Source: Caecitellus pseudoparvulus
Taxonomy: Eukaryota > Protista > Bigyra: Bicosoecida
Assembly (NCBI GenBank): GCA_965644315.1
Contig: CBFFRQ010000043.1
Span: forward strand, 372,001-436,000
Direction: 5' to 3'
DNA length: 64,000 nt
Shown here: in pieces, positions 39,701-48,800 of the stretch
Layout: each line of letters begins with the position of its first letter
How positions within the stretch are numbered: position 1 is the first letter of the stretch
Program-made: the position numbers and the translations under genes
The notes under the pieces: generated by a model
Seen by the model: the letters and a program-made list of their open reading frames with translations, nothing else
The model's database searches: none
What the model was told of the DNA's origin: nothing

Positions 39701-41072
39701 GCTGGCCCGGATCCGGCGCAGCGAGCCGGAACAAAGCCCCGTCCACTCGACCCGTCACTCGCAGCACGGCGCGCACGCTCAGGCCAAACGGGTGTCCATG
39801 GCAGACTTGTACCTCGGCCACAAAGCTGGCCTGGGTGCGGCAGGCCAAGGGTACTACGGTATTACGTCTGACACGCTGCTGGTGTATGAGGCGCTGCAGC
39901 TCCTCAGCTCTGACAGAGGCAAGGCGTTACTGGAACGAAGCCGCATGGAACGCAGCCCGGCAGCTGCAGCGCGCGCTGCTGGCGCCGAGGACGCCGCAGC
40001 TACGCCTGGGCAAGAAGACACGCGCAAGCTTTTCGAGGCGTTGCCAGCGTGGATTCTCCGGCTGTCACTTCCACCCTTGCAGGCGCTGGCATCCAACGTG
40101 CCCATTTTCGCACCCCATGGCCTGGTGCCCATCCCGCGTTCCGCAGCGGGCGCCGACGGGGAAGAGTCCCTGTCGCCCCTGCCACGACACACCCTCGAAG
40201 CCCTCGCTTCCCGCTCTCGGACGACCGTCAGCGTCTTCAATGTCGCGGTGCCTAGTGCTGGTGCTGGGCCAGCATGCGAACCTGGCACCGGTGCAGGGAA
40301 CAAGCAGCCCCTGCTGCAGCCGCCTGTGCGAGACAACTACGGGACCAAGGACGCGGCAGAGGGCTTGCAAGCCGAGGTTCAGGTGGCAGAGCTGGGGGCG
40401 GCAAATGTCACCGAAAACGACCTGTACTACGTGTGCGATTTGCGCGTGCGGCTGGGCATGGCCCTGCACGCCGCCTCCTCCCTCGCCTACATGCACTCCC
40501 TGCAAAGCGACGACTCGCCGCAGGTCCGCTTCGTGCACCGCGACATCAAGAGTCCGAATTTCCTGGTCACTGACGACTTCACCCTGAAGCTGACAGACTT
40601 TGGCGAGGCGGGCCCTCTCGCCGGTGGTCGCAGGGCTGTGCCTCAGACCGGTGGGCGGGGTACGTTGGTTTGGTGCGCGCCAGAGGTCTTTCAACAGGCG
40701 GGCGTCAACCGGTACTCCGAGTCAGTCGACATTTACTCCCTGGGGATTGTCCTGTGGGAGCTGCTCACGGGTGAGGAGCCCTTCGCTCAGTACCAGTCGC
40801 CTCATGCGCTGATCGCAGCGGTGGACAGCGGCAAGCGGCCTCGCATCCCCAAGCACACGCCTGGTGTCCTGCGGAGCCTCATTAAGCGCATGTGGCACGC
40901 TCAACCGAGCCAGAGGCCCTCTGCTCTCACAGTCTGCCAGCTGCTGAAGAAGTTCCTGAACCGCCTGAACGTGGAGGTCGAGCGCATGTTTTGGTTGCAA
41001 AAGCGCATCCCGTCACGCTTGACTGCCGAGCAGAAGGTCAGCATTCAGCGCCTGATCGAGGCCGTGGAGTAG
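36792..41072 (+). CDS. 7-TM (GPCR-like) domain fused to a tyrosine-kinase-like (TKL) kinase with a large intra-domain insertion
   Basis: Seven hydrophobic segments at ~37190-37870 end in LRSDTFYWRG. Kinase motifs: AIKVF, HPNLVKFYG, VSELCERGSL, HRDIKSPN, DFG, GTLVWCAPE, DIYSLGIVLWELLTGEEPF. Start uncertain (36792, 36954 or later). Confidence 0.88.
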   Translation: MQGRIAPKLSQGFFADCAFCHGHVCARVVRDSLHPPRFGRDRLEANSSGALIRGMQSVTPPLLLGALPALTHKALDSAPQGAEIASLAAVLRILVRSTAKGCRREVQAMQHIAAQWAVGWGEHSTSNIPLPAPDAFWAAGTACWAVGLLVAARKERSDFALLLPGYAAMLKWLAGACLSLSFVSTGLTLLAHYAGPGLAEPAPTAPWQVLALATGLRIFLMEGILAAFVCMLLQPAVTLASLRVAVLLSCVWAIPVSGIGAGLTALHAGQRETRAALGWITATQCLFAVGIVWMATGLRSARPALRPLAVHLLLTRTLQAAAVVSDVVPAACAPLQLTLAALYGGAQALGTPLALFLTLRSDTFYWRGMGRGLRPGRYTCGTAASGACCALGPLFLYGGLRLWGLPAILARGAFHASAAPLPGGRHSAGARAVAALAWVLQDASLRASLLKRQAAHLQQRGAAASPPVRPDTPSSGDEGGVAAGSRQAAGWGHLPGSDLASVLQQRMVLPRLPESSPRPRVTGILKSSSFGSPTPQGGGGEALPRVRSASASMDAAPTASVRDMADLRSALRRGPPVPTLTRGGIQAWLGHTARPAATGVGSVPSSTLSYLLGGVRAESKEFPRDALRDALRDLPPATASSSPSPAKPKAARARLGSAARGSRRRTRGRSVSSALGSDSGDEADDEARRSQPHAETSTLLSSADAVTRGVAGSGQGGAFSGARASLSAGRGLRDAPVPLLERAPACSENLIQWSLQGPGTAVAMAAYGGVQPPPGGLHEDWAQAEASDRAREEWDMMQSALESFACAWACLRLCPCWLWAFPCCTPRAFHACAGFGPSAEECDMPLLSDSAAMYLQNMLEECRDFLVPFSALEVHDLVAEGAEATVFHGLADDRPAAIKVFRAAHPGMFVDRIQEARTEARFCYTLDHPNLVKFYGLCVCPPDVALVSELCERGSLKKLLEVLHSEKRRLLARIRRSEPEQSPVHSTRHSQHGAHAQAKRVSMADLYLGHKAGLGAAGQGYYGITSDTLLVYEALQLLSSDRGKALLERSRMERSPAAAARAAGAEDAAATPGQEDTRKLFEALPAWILRLSLPPLQALASNVPIFAPHGLVPIPRSAAGADGEESLSPLPRHTLEALASRSRTTVSVFNVAVPSAGAGPACEPGTGAGNKQPLLQPPVRDNYGTKDAAEGLQAEVQVAELGAANVTENDLYYVCDLRVRLGMALHAASSLAYMHSLQSDDSPQVRFVHRDIKSPNFLVTDDFTLKLTDFGEAGPLAGGRRAVPQTGGRGTLVWCAPEVFQQAGVNRYSESVDIYSLGIVLWELLTGEEPFAQYQSPHALIAAVDSGKRPRIPKHTPGVLRSLIKRMWHAQPSQRPSALTVCQLLKKFLNRLNVEVERMFWLQKRIPSRLTAEQKVSIQRLIEAVE

Positions 41073-41265
41073 CAGGGTCCGCCTAGCGCCACACGGAGGA
41101 AGGCCAGGCAGGGACCTTCTGCGTTGCAAGCAGCCAGTAATGGGGTGGCAGGCTTGTGCAGTTGAAGCTGAAGTTCAATTCAAGCGAGGCGCCCTCATGA
41201 AGTCAGGTGGGTGATTCCGGCCTGAGTGCACTTTGTGGGTCACGTGAAGCTGAAACGGCGCCGCC

Positions 41266-43968
41266 ATGGCTGTTTTGAGAGTGGGATACGTGCGGAATTT
41301 GCAAGCGGCGCTGGTGTTGGAGGCGCTGCTCTTGCTCTGCCTAGCAGATGCTGCTCTGATGCCCCTCGTCCCACACGATCGTTTCAGATCATGTATAGCA
41401 AATGCCCACGGCGTGAATGCCCTCCGAATGGACTCTCCTTGGGAGCGGCTGCGGGCTCCAATGCCCCCCCGAGCCCAGCAGAGCAGTGAACCGGCGCACT
41501 GGGACTGCCTTCCTCTGAAAGGTACAGGCCAGACACGACAAGTGCACAATGTCTCATGTCATCACAGATCACAGGGTCTGGATGTCTCAGGAACCCTGGA
41601 GTTTACCCAGGCAGGGGGTGGCTCCGTCGTCGCACACCTGCTTGTGCCACCGTACACCACTGGGACGCTGAGTTGCGGCGCTGTGATTCGTGGTCATTGG
41701 GAAGCGTTCATACTGGACAGCTTGCCACCGCTCGAGCAGGCTCAAGCCTTTGCATCAGTGCATGCGAGTGGCGAGCGGTTGCTGTCTCGCGCTCCCGGGC
41801 TGACCAAGCACTGCGATGGCTTGCGTCGGGAAACCTCCGATAGCGTGGGAAAACTGAAAAAGCAGCACAGCAAGTGGACGTGCATTACTGCACAGGGTCA
41901 AGAATGTGGGCAGAATGTCTCAGCTGTCATTGTTGCGGGTCATCGTGATGAGGACGCGCAGAGTTGGGCAGCAGGTGGGTCAGCTTCTGCACCATCCCCA
42001 ATCAGGCTGGTAGAGTGGACGCCATCCACTCAGACCTCCCCACCTGGCGCGGCGGGACTCATTGCTAGCACCCACGCTGCTGTACAGCTGTACAGAGCGA
42101 TGAGCAATACTCTGCCCATCCTGCACTGGCCAGAGGCCGGCACGGCAACGCACCATCCAGCGAAACACCGTGACACTCTTGCGCTGCACCTCTCCTGTGC
42201 TCGACTAGGGCACTGGAGCACCCCACTTGGTCTGCTTGGGTCTGTCTTGCAGCGGGTTTTGAAGAACCTTCCCCACTTTCGACGTGTGCATGCTGTGTAC
42301 GGTGAAGACTCAGCCCGCTGTGCCGGGAGAGAGAGTCAACTGTCTTTGGTGCAGCGCATGCTCAAGCAGCATACAGGAAGCGTACCCTGGGAGATCAAGC
42401 CATACCAGGACTGGGTCCAGCAGGCAGAAGGTTCCCTCGCACTTGTCATCGACCTTCAAGCTGGACGGTACTCCTTCCCAGCCCTGCCTCTCGCAGCTGT
42501 CGCACTTGGTGCACGCTTGGTCACCTCCGCCATTCACCCTGCCACGGCAAGGGAATTGCTGGGTCAGAAGGGCATCAAGAACGCTTCGGTGATGAAAATT
42601 TCTGCATGGGAAGAGGATTCGATTCTTGACACCATTGGGCAAGCACTTCTCAGCACTCACAGCGATCCACCTGAGGCTGCCCAGGCCGCAGACCCCACAG
42701 CCCTGTCTGACTTCATCCTTGGAGTGCGGTGCCAGTTGTCTCAAACTCCCACCGAGGATCGAGGGCATGAAAATGACACAAGATCTAGGCTCCGTACGGA
42801 GCTTCAAGCAGAGGCGAATGCCAGCGCGCGAGTGCAGGAACGACTGGACCAGCTGCGAGGGTGGGATGTGAATGCTTTTCGGAGGGCCAACTCTTCGCTG
42901 TCACTCTCAGAAGCATGGGAGCAAATCCTACGTTCCGGAGTCGACCGGCTTCCGAGCATTCTAGCAGCAAGGGCAGCTCTATCCACAAATGAGGACTTCG
43001 ATGCCGCGCTACGGTCTGTCGAGAACAATGCTGCTTCAGACTCCGCCACAGCGGCAACAAATCTTTTGCCACTGAGCCGAGTGAAGTTGATTCACGATGC
43101 AGAGCAGGTGGAGCACCTGGTACGCCGGCAAAAACTGCCAGTTGAAGCGCTGCAACACTCCCGAGCGCTCCGCACAGCGGTGCAGGGGTTAGCCACTGAT
43201 GGCCAGCTCAGAAACCGAAATGTGCTGGCTGCACCGTACATCTACAAAATGACAGGGGGCCTGACTGGCCATCAGCTGCACACGGTCCCATACGGGGAGC
43301 CCTGGCTGCGCATCCCTGCCTTGAACCGCCACCTGGACTTCAGGGCAATCGAAGCCGACTACCGTAGACAGCGACCTGGCTTCACATTCTTTGATTCTTT
43401 CCTGGAGCCCAACGCCGCTGCGGCGCTACTTGAATACGCAGAGGAGAGCACAGTGTACCATGAGACCAAAGGGGGGTACCTGGGAGCATACCAGCAAGCA
43501 GGGATGCTGCACCCTGCCTTGGACAGGCTGGTGCTGGACCTTCGCCTTGCATTCCCGGCTCTCATTGGGGAGCTGCCCATCGTGAACGTTTGGTCCTACA
43601 AGGCAGACCAAGAGGTGCCCCCAGCATTGAGTATTCATGCCGACGCCGCACAAGTCAACTTAAACTTTTGGCTCACCCCGGACGATGCAAACTTGGACCC
43701 CCACTCAGGCGGCTTGGTGGTTTACAGAGTCACGGCACCTACCGCTTGGAGCTTTAGCGCTATGAATGACCAAGACGAACAGGAAAGTATGTATGCTTTC
43801 GTAAAGCAACATAACGCAACGGAGCACAACATCCCGTTCCGGTCCAATCGCTGCGTGCTGTTCAACTCCACGCTGTTCCACGAGAGCGCTCGGCATGAGT
43901 TCAAGCGTGGATACACCAACCGTCGCATCAACTTCACGCTGCTGTTCGGCCGTAGGGAGACCAGTTAA
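41266..43968 (+). CDS. Secreted or membrane-anchored protein with a C-terminal 2OG-Fe(II) dioxygenase domain
   Basis: N-terminal hydrophobic segment. HxD...H triad and 2OG-binding Arg: LSIHADAAQVNLNFWLTPDDANLDP..GGLVVY..NRCVLFNSTLFHES..NRRINFTLLFG. Confidence 0.78.
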   Translation: MAVLRVGYVRNLQAALVLEALLLLCLADAALMPLVPHDRFRSCIANAHGVNALRMDSPWERLRAPMPPRAQQSSEPAHWDCLPLKGTGQTRQVHNVSCHHRSQGLDVSGTLEFTQAGGGSVVAHLLVPPYTTGTLSCGAVIRGHWEAFILDSLPPLEQAQAFASVHASGERLLSRAPGLTKHCDGLRRETSDSVGKLKKQHSKWTCITAQGQECGQNVSAVIVAGHRDEDAQSWAAGGSASAPSPIRLVEWTPSTQTSPPGAAGLIASTHAAVQLYRAMSNTLPILHWPEAGTATHHPAKHRDTLALHLSCARLGHWSTPLGLLGSVLQRVLKNLPHFRRVHAVYGEDSARCAGRESQLSLVQRMLKQHTGSVPWEIKPYQDWVQQAEGSLALVIDLQAGRYSFPALPLAAVALGARLVTSAIHPATARELLGQKGIKNASVMKISAWEEDSILDTIGQALLSTHSDPPEAAQAADPTALSDFILGVRCQLSQTPTEDRGHENDTRSRLRTELQAEANASARVQERLDQLRGWDVNAFRRANSSLSLSEAWEQILRSGVDRLPSILAARAALSTNEDFDAALRSVENNAASDSATAATNLLPLSRVKLIHDAEQVEHLVRRQKLPVEALQHSRALRTAVQGLATDGQLRNRNVLAAPYIYKMTGGLTGHQLHTVPYGEPWLRIPALNRHLDFRAIEADYRRQRPGFTFFDSFLEPNAAAALLEYAEESTVYHETKGGYLGAYQQAGMLHPALDRLVLDLRLAFPALIGELPIVNVWSYKADQEVPPALSIHADAAQVNLNFWLTPDDANLDPHSGGLVVYRVTAPTAWSFSAMNDQDEQESMYAFVKQHNATEHNIPFRSNRCVLFNSTLFHESARHEFKRGYTNRRINFTLLFGRRETS

Positions 43969-45701
43969 CCGATCAGTTCAGGGGCTGACAGCACGCGCTG
44001 CAACAAGGCAACGCCCGCCCGAACGTCATCCTCCCTCACTGTCAATGGCGGTTCAATGGCGAGACAGAAGGAAGGATGCCACGGCCGGGCGCTCCCCCAC
44101 TCCAGCTGGTTGCTCAGCCCGGCCTCCTCACCACCCACTGCTCCATCACAAGACTGAACGACAAGACCATGGGAAGAGAAGGCTTGCCGCCAGCGCTGTG
44201 CTGGCCCATGTAATGCAAGCCGAAAGTGCAGGGACGGCGGTGTGCGCCGTGTAGCGGCGGGGTGGGGTGGTGGCTCCACCACACTTCGAATGACGTCTCG
44301 ATGTGCCGCAGCCAAGCCGTGCGCCGCCGCAGATAGCACACGAGCACTGCGTCCTGCGTGATGGAAGGCTGAGATTGCCTCTCGCATTCCATTGGCCAGC
44401 GCCTCCTCCTGCAAGTCTTGAGACACCAGCGCTTCAAGCTCTGCATCTGCCCCTGTGTACCGCACTGCTGCAGGCTGTATCGCAGCAGCACCATGAACCA
44501 AGGCTGCACCCTGCGCGCAGACACTCTCCACAGTAGCTCTGCGGGCTAGTTCCTTGCGCGCACTGAACACGTGTGGGAGTTGCTTCGCGAGGTTTGACAG
44601 CTTGGGGCCAAGGAGCAGGGCGGCTGCGGCGTGCGGCCCGATGCCAAGGCCTCTAGACAGTATCAAGGCATCTGGATGGCTGTAAGCTTCAGCATGCATC
44701 ACGGGAACACGGTCAATCAGGCCTGCTGCGCTCTTTGTAGCTCGTGCCTGCTCCATGGCGGCCTCATCTGCGTGTTGGAGCTGGGCGGGACTCAGCGCGC
44801 CAGCTCCCCCGGCCGAAGCAGCGTACAAATCGTGCGGAAAGAGCGCTCCACAAGCGCCTATTGTAGAGTTGGAGCTATCCACTATGACGCTAGCAGTTGG
44901 AGCCTTGTGGGCGGCATGCTGCAGGGCGCTGAGAGCTGCCAAGTTCCAGACCTGAGCACCAGCTCCAAGCGGATCCAGCACCACAGCTGAAACAGGCGGA
45001 TCTGTCGGGCTTGCGAGGCGCTGCACAGCAAAAGCGGTATCATTTATGGCTGCCCACTCAACAGAGTACGGCACCACATGGCCGCCGCTGGACCGAGCCG
45101 CGGGGGAGTGCCGAATGCCGCCAGCGAAACTCCCCTGAAACGCCAACACTTGTGGCTGACCTGAGCCTTCCTCAGTTTGCCTGGAGCAACTGCATGGGTA
45201 GCCAGGTGAGGAAGAGCATCGCACAGGGCTCTGGGCCGGATCGCGCCTCATGCAGTGGAAGCCTTGGGCCGGCTTGTCAGGTGAGGACTCCTGGACGGCA
45301 TGCATGTGAGCCAGCTCCAAGGCTGCATGCTGAGCGGCTGCGACGTCCCCGAAGAACCAGCACTGGGAACAGAGCGAGCAAGAGAGCGTGCAACGATTGC
45401 GTGCTACGGGGGATTCGGCTGCTGCACATTCACCGTCTGCAGTCCGCTGTGAAGCCTCAGCGCGCGGTCCAACGCCCCGAGCGCATCGGGAGGTGGCGAG
45501 CTGTGCAAGGGGAACACCCAATCTGCGCCAAGGTGCGAGGCAAGCCGTGACAGCCGAAGTTAGACGTGCACATGTTGTGAGCTGCAGCGTACCCCCACGG
45601 ATGCTCGTAAAGTCGACAATGCCCCGCCGTGCCAGGGAGGCAGCCGGACTCAGCAGTCCGGCGCCGCTGCGGACTGAAGAGCGCGAAGCATGAAGCAGCA
45701 T
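43965..45701 (-). CDS. Degenerate class-III (ornithine/acetylornithine-type) aminotransferase-like protein, probable pseudoenzyme with a mitochondrial-type presequence
   Basis: Removing introns 45592-45523 and 45433-45363 gives ..ALRLHSGLQTCWFFGDVAAAQHAALELA. Other class-III landmarks: VLAFQGSFAG, SAVVLDPL, VIVDSS..IGACG, PDALILSRGLG, LAIEPPLTV. Confidence 0.72.
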   Translation of the reverse strand: MLLHASRSSVRSGAGLLSPAASLARRGIVDFTSIRGGTLQLTTCARLTSAVTACLAPWRRLGVPLAQLATSRCARGVGPRAEASQRTADGECAAAESPVARNRCTLSCSLCSQCWFFGDVAAAQHAALELAHMHAVQESSPDKPAQGFHCMRRDPAQSPVRCSSSPGYPCSCSRQTEEGSGQPQVLAFQGSFAGGIRHSPAARSSGGHVVPYSVEWAAINDTAFAVQRLASPTDPPVSAVVLDPLGAGAQVWNLAALSALQHAAHKAPTASVIVDSSNSTIGACGALFPHDLYAASAGGAGALSPAQLQHADEAAMEQARATKSAAGLIDRVPVMHAEAYSHPDALILSRGLGIGPHAAAALLLGPKLSNLAKQLPHVFSARKELARRATVESVCAQGAALVHGAAAIQPAAVRYTGADAELEALVSQDLQEEALANGMREAISAFHHAGRSARVLSAAAHGLAAAHRDVIRSVVEPPPHPAATRRTPPSLHFRLALHGPAQRWRQAFSSHGLVVQSCDGAVGGEEAGLSNQLEWGSARPWHPSFCLAIEPPLTVREDDVRAGVALLQRVLSAPELIG

Positions 45702-45865
45702 CTGCAAGGACAATGTGGACGGGGAAGGGTATGAGCTTGCGAGCTGCAGTCATGCTGCACATTGATGCCTTGTTTCGGAATGTGTGCTCGTGACAGGGTT
45801 GCCTGTGAGCGTGGTCGGCTTGCTGCCAGAACAAGGAAGCATGTATTCGCACAAACAAAACAAAG

Positions 45866-48800
45866 CTACAAGAAAAGCCCTGGGCGCTTGAGCCGCTCAG
45901 AGCGTGCGCTGCTCCTGGCAGGGGCCATCGCGGTGGAGCCTGCAGCCGTCGACCTGGCCCGTGAACGCCCTTCTGTCGAACCAGCCCGCGAACGGCCGGC
46001 AAGTCGGCCCAATTCGCGAGCGCTGGACCGCTTCGACGCCTTGGGTCGCCCGAAGGCATCTTTGGCCGCTGAAGGGCGGTGTTGACGAAGGTGGTGTGTG
46101 CCATGGGTACTCGCTGTCAAGACACTCGAATGGGTGGTGCCTCGCTGAGCATTGGTCCCACCAGGCAGCGCGTGTGGGGGCAGCACCCATGCAGCATGCG
46201 TAGCAGGCCTGGATGCGGGGCCCGAGATGCGCCTGACAAGCATGGGATTGGCTCTGGCCTGGGCTGCGAGAGATCTGGCTGCCTCCTTGCCTCGTGAGCC
46301 TCGAACGCGGCGCTGCGAGAGGCTTGGTAGTAGCATTGCCTCCCGCTTCGCGACAGCCGCATCGCTGCCGGCCAGCCCAGCACCGCCGAAAAGCTTCCGC
46401 AAGCTGCGTTGGACCGCCGTACGCTGCGGCGTCTCCGTGTATACTCTATCTTTCGGCAGCTCAGAGGTGCGGGTGAGGCGCCCACGCTTGGCGAGGGCAG
46501 CCACCAATCCGGCCGTGTTCTGCCTGCGGGCCATGGCCAGCGTGGCAGAGATGCTGTCAGAACTTGTGCGCGGGATGGGCTTGCCGCAGCGCATGCACAG
46601 CGCAGCCCGTGCCAGGAGGCTGTCAAACACCGTAGGGCTAAGGGCCAAGGCGCTTGCCGCATGGGTCACGAGCTTGCTCTCAATGGTGGCAGGGGAGTGT
46701 TTGGACGACAGCTCTGCCCGCACCATGGAAAGGGACGACGCCAAGGCAGCTGTCCACCTGCCACCCGAAGGGGACGGCCTGGCTCGCGGAGCCAGCAAGC
46801 CGGCCTTCACGCCAGCTGCACGCAGCACGTCCAGCACACCAATGGACGACGCTGCCAGTTCCTCCGCGTCGCCCTGCACGTCGCCGTCTGGAGCCAGATC
46901 TGGCAAAACGCCAGCCAAGTGCGCGCGTAATGCCGCCCCAACGCCACGGGCCTTCTTGAAGAGGCCCCTCGCGATGGCCCACACCAAGGACAGCACCATG
47001 ATGCAATGCAGGACGAGGAGCGTCGCCATCGCAGGTGTGCTGTCTCGGGCAGAGTACAGGATAAGCAAGTGCACGAGTGCGGTCAAGCACACTTGAGCAT
47101 CAAGGATGTTGAGCTCCTGCAGTGCGTACGGCTGCAAGGCGTACGTGAGCAGCAGCATGGCCACCACAGTGACCGCAATGACAGCCACCCGCGCAGGGCT
47201 TGCCGTGGTCAGCCACAGTGCACACAGCACCAGCATGTTCTGCATCATGCGCAGCAGTGCAAATCCGTGGCTGGGAATCCACTTGGCAAGCCCACAGCAC
47301 CGCTGCTCCATCTGTCGGCTCATGCGGACAGAGAGGCGGACGACAACCTGCCCTGCCATTCGCTCGGCGTCCTTCTCTGCCGGGATGCCCTTGCCATGCG
47401 CAGCTTCCTCCTCCACAAACTTCCGCGCTGCATGCTCAGCCTGGGACGGCGACAGCTGTAGCCGGTACCCAGCTGTCATCACAGCGTACGTGACACTGGC
47501 ATGATGGGACTTGTCCACCAAGTGGGGCGCCTGAGCACGCAGCAACCACATGGCAAGCAGCGGGAAAGCAATCGCGTGCACAGAAAATGCGATGTAGGCG
47601 AATGCCAAAAGTCCATCTTGGCTGGAAGCACCAAGGGAAGCTGCAAATATGTGAGTTGCCGCATCCACCTCATAGCCAGGGGCGAGCGCTTGCAGAGAGC
47701 TGCCAAGCGTCGCCCCCCACGCCAGGATATACACGGATGCAGCAGTGCGAGTCATGGCCCACAGGATGATGAGTGGGGGGGTGGCGCGCAGCGCTTCCCA
47801 AAGGCTGGTGATTGGCTTCGATTCAGCGCTGCTGCCCGATTGGGATGCGGTCGACGCCTCTGCCGGCTTCGCCAGAGCTCTCGTTGAAGCCCTACCCGGG
47901 CCAGGCAAAGCAACTCCCGCAGGCGAAGCAGCCAAAGGGTTACGGTGCATGGACATGGGTGGTGAGGAGGCTCGTGGACGCGTGAGCTTTGGCACCAAAC
48001 ACCGCCGCAGCGGCGCGGGGCACCTTCTACCATCAGCCCCAATGAACTCCACTGCACCCACCAGCGCGGAAGACACAAACAACAGTGCTGTGGATGCCCC
48101 GAGGATGCCAACAGTTTGGTCCACAAAGGAGTGATGCCCCAGTGTGCAGGAGGCCTCGGCAAAAGCAGTCACTGGCAGGGCGCCGGTGGCGGTGGCCATG
48201 AAAGCAAAAACATCACCCATGATGCCGGCAGCCCATGAGGCGTCTGATTCCCCTGCAGTCTGGCTGCGGGCAGTGAAGACGCCTGCATCGGAGTGCCAGG
48301 TGCCTGGGTTGTCGGCAAAGGCGGTGTAGTTGCCGAGAGCAGCAGACCCCCTCACCGTATCCTGGTGGAACTGCGGGACCCGCCCGCAAGCAGACTGCCA
48401 TTGGGGCAGTGTCACAGCTCGAGAGGACAAACCTAAATCTTGCTCTGTCACGGGCTGTAGCGCGATGGAGATGTAGCCAATGATGGCAAAGTAGCCTGCC
48501 GCGATGCGCAGTGCACCAATGAGAAGGTCCTGTTGCAGCGACCCGCGCTGTTTGATTGCCACCACAGACAACACAACCAAACCCAACACTGCAACCACCA
48601 CAGCCAGAGCAAACAAGATGACGAGCACGTCCTGGCTTGCGTCACAAGTCACGCAAGGTGCACAGGGGGAGTTGTCCAGGGGCACAAAGCCACGCTGGCA
48701 GGCGGCGCACAGTGGGCCAAAGTGACCCTCCGCACATCGCAACTCATACCCACGCGTTCCGCCCACCTCGCAAGCACCGTACCTGGGGCACTGCTCGAGT

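Noticed and set aside
45702-45866. Acceptor-like polypyrimidine-CAG just before the aminotransferase-like ATG, suggesting fusion with the upstream receptor gene or trans-splicing
   Set aside because: I found no convincing donor or in-frame join. A 5' UTR intron or chance match is simpler, and it cannot be resolved without cDNA.
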